This document shows positions 63,178 to 64,000 of a DNA stretch of 64,000 nucleotides, one piece after another. The notes beneath the pieces are model-generated. The model was not told the origin of the DNA and searched no databases. It was given only the letters and a program-made list of their open reading frames with translations. How positions within the stretch are numbered: position 1 is the stretch's first letter; each line of letters opens with the position of its first letter. The stretch comes from Anolis carolinensis (taxonomy: Eukaryota), in assembly GCF_035594765.1 (NCBI RefSeq), contig NC_085845.1, positions 169,462,897 to 169,526,896 on the forward strand, given 5' to 3'. The translations under genes were made by a program, and so were the position numbers.

Positions 63178-64000
63178 TCTGGGTTGCTGTGAGTTTTCCA
63201 GGCTGTATGGCCATGTTCCAGAAGCATTCTCTCCTGACATTTTGGCAGGCATACTCAGAGGTTGTGAGGTGTTGGAAAATAGGAAAATGGGGTTTATATA
63301 TCTGTGGAATGTCCAGGGTGGAAAAAAGAAGTCTTGCCTGTTGGAGGCAAGTGGGAATGTTGCAATTGATCACCTTGATTAGCATTGAATGACCTTGCAG
63401 CTTCAAAGCTTAGCTGCTTCCTGCCTCGGGAAATCCTTTGTTGAGAGGATGAACCAACCTGGGCACAGCATATTATTTGAGAACACAGAAAGGCTAGACC
63501 ACGCTAACAACTACCATGTCAGACTATACAGAGAAGCCATTGAAATCTACAAGCATGTGGACAATTTCAACAGAAAGGCAAAAACCATGAAAATGAACAA
63601 AATCTGGCTGCCAGTATTTTAAAAACTCTAAAATCAGGACAGTAAATAAAGAACACCTCTCAGAAAACAAAGGAATTCCAGACATGAATCAATCAGGGCC
63701 AGCTAACACCTCCCAACAAAGGATTCCCTGAGGCAGGAAGCAGCCAAAGTTTGAAGCTGCAAGGCTATTCAATGCTAATCAAGGTGATTAACTGCAACAT
63801 TCACACTTGCTTCAAACACAAGAATCCTTTCTCCCACCCTGGACATTCCACAGATATATAAACCCCACTTAGTTTCCAACAAACCTCAAAACCTCTGAAG
63901 ATGCTTGCCATAGATGTGGGTGAAACATCAGGAGGGAATGCTCCTAGAACATGGCCATACTGCCCGGAAAACTCACAGCAACCCAGTGATTTCAGCCATG
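63178..64000. mobile_element. Penelope-like element with inverted pLTR arms (runs off right edge)
   Basis: Arm 63178-63447 is the reverse complement of ~63710-63986; the middle encodes NQPGHSILFENTERLDHANNYHVRLYREAIEIYKHVDNFNRK. Confidence 0.87.

Overview
Vertebrate (squamate reptile) genomic DNA. The repeat content (Sauria SINE, Anolis-type SINE2, BovB, Vingi, SPIN, Penelope, young CR1) points to an anole lizard; this is inference. It is the region syntenic with human 22q13.2. Left to right: (i) the 5' part of a CYP2D-family P450 gene (minus strand, exons 1-2), whose intron 2 holds a young Ty3/gypsy (Tf1/sushi-type) LTR retrotransposon with an uninterrupted gag-pol ORF running off the left edge; (ii) a complete 9-exon CYP2D-family gene (minus, 14450-32367, 513 aa); (iii) a relic exon 1 of a third CYP2D copy; (iv) NDUFA6 (+); (v) SMDT1/EMRE (-); (vi) PHETA2/FAM109B (-). 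Introns and intergenic DNA are dense with transposons. The most unusual object is a 1189-bp non-autonomous hAT-type element (60922-62110; 8-bp TSD confirmed by an empty-site duplicate 1.4 kb away). Its interior is a recursively nested array of palindromes with flip/flop hairpin isomers and mutations mirrored on both arms, loaded with NRF1/ETS/YY1/Sp1 motifs just upstream of PHETA2. Next most notable: the LTR element has an 11-nt primer-binding site complementary to its own predicted transcript 5' end (tRNA-independent self-priming). Family names are from pattern recognition and memory; no database search was run.
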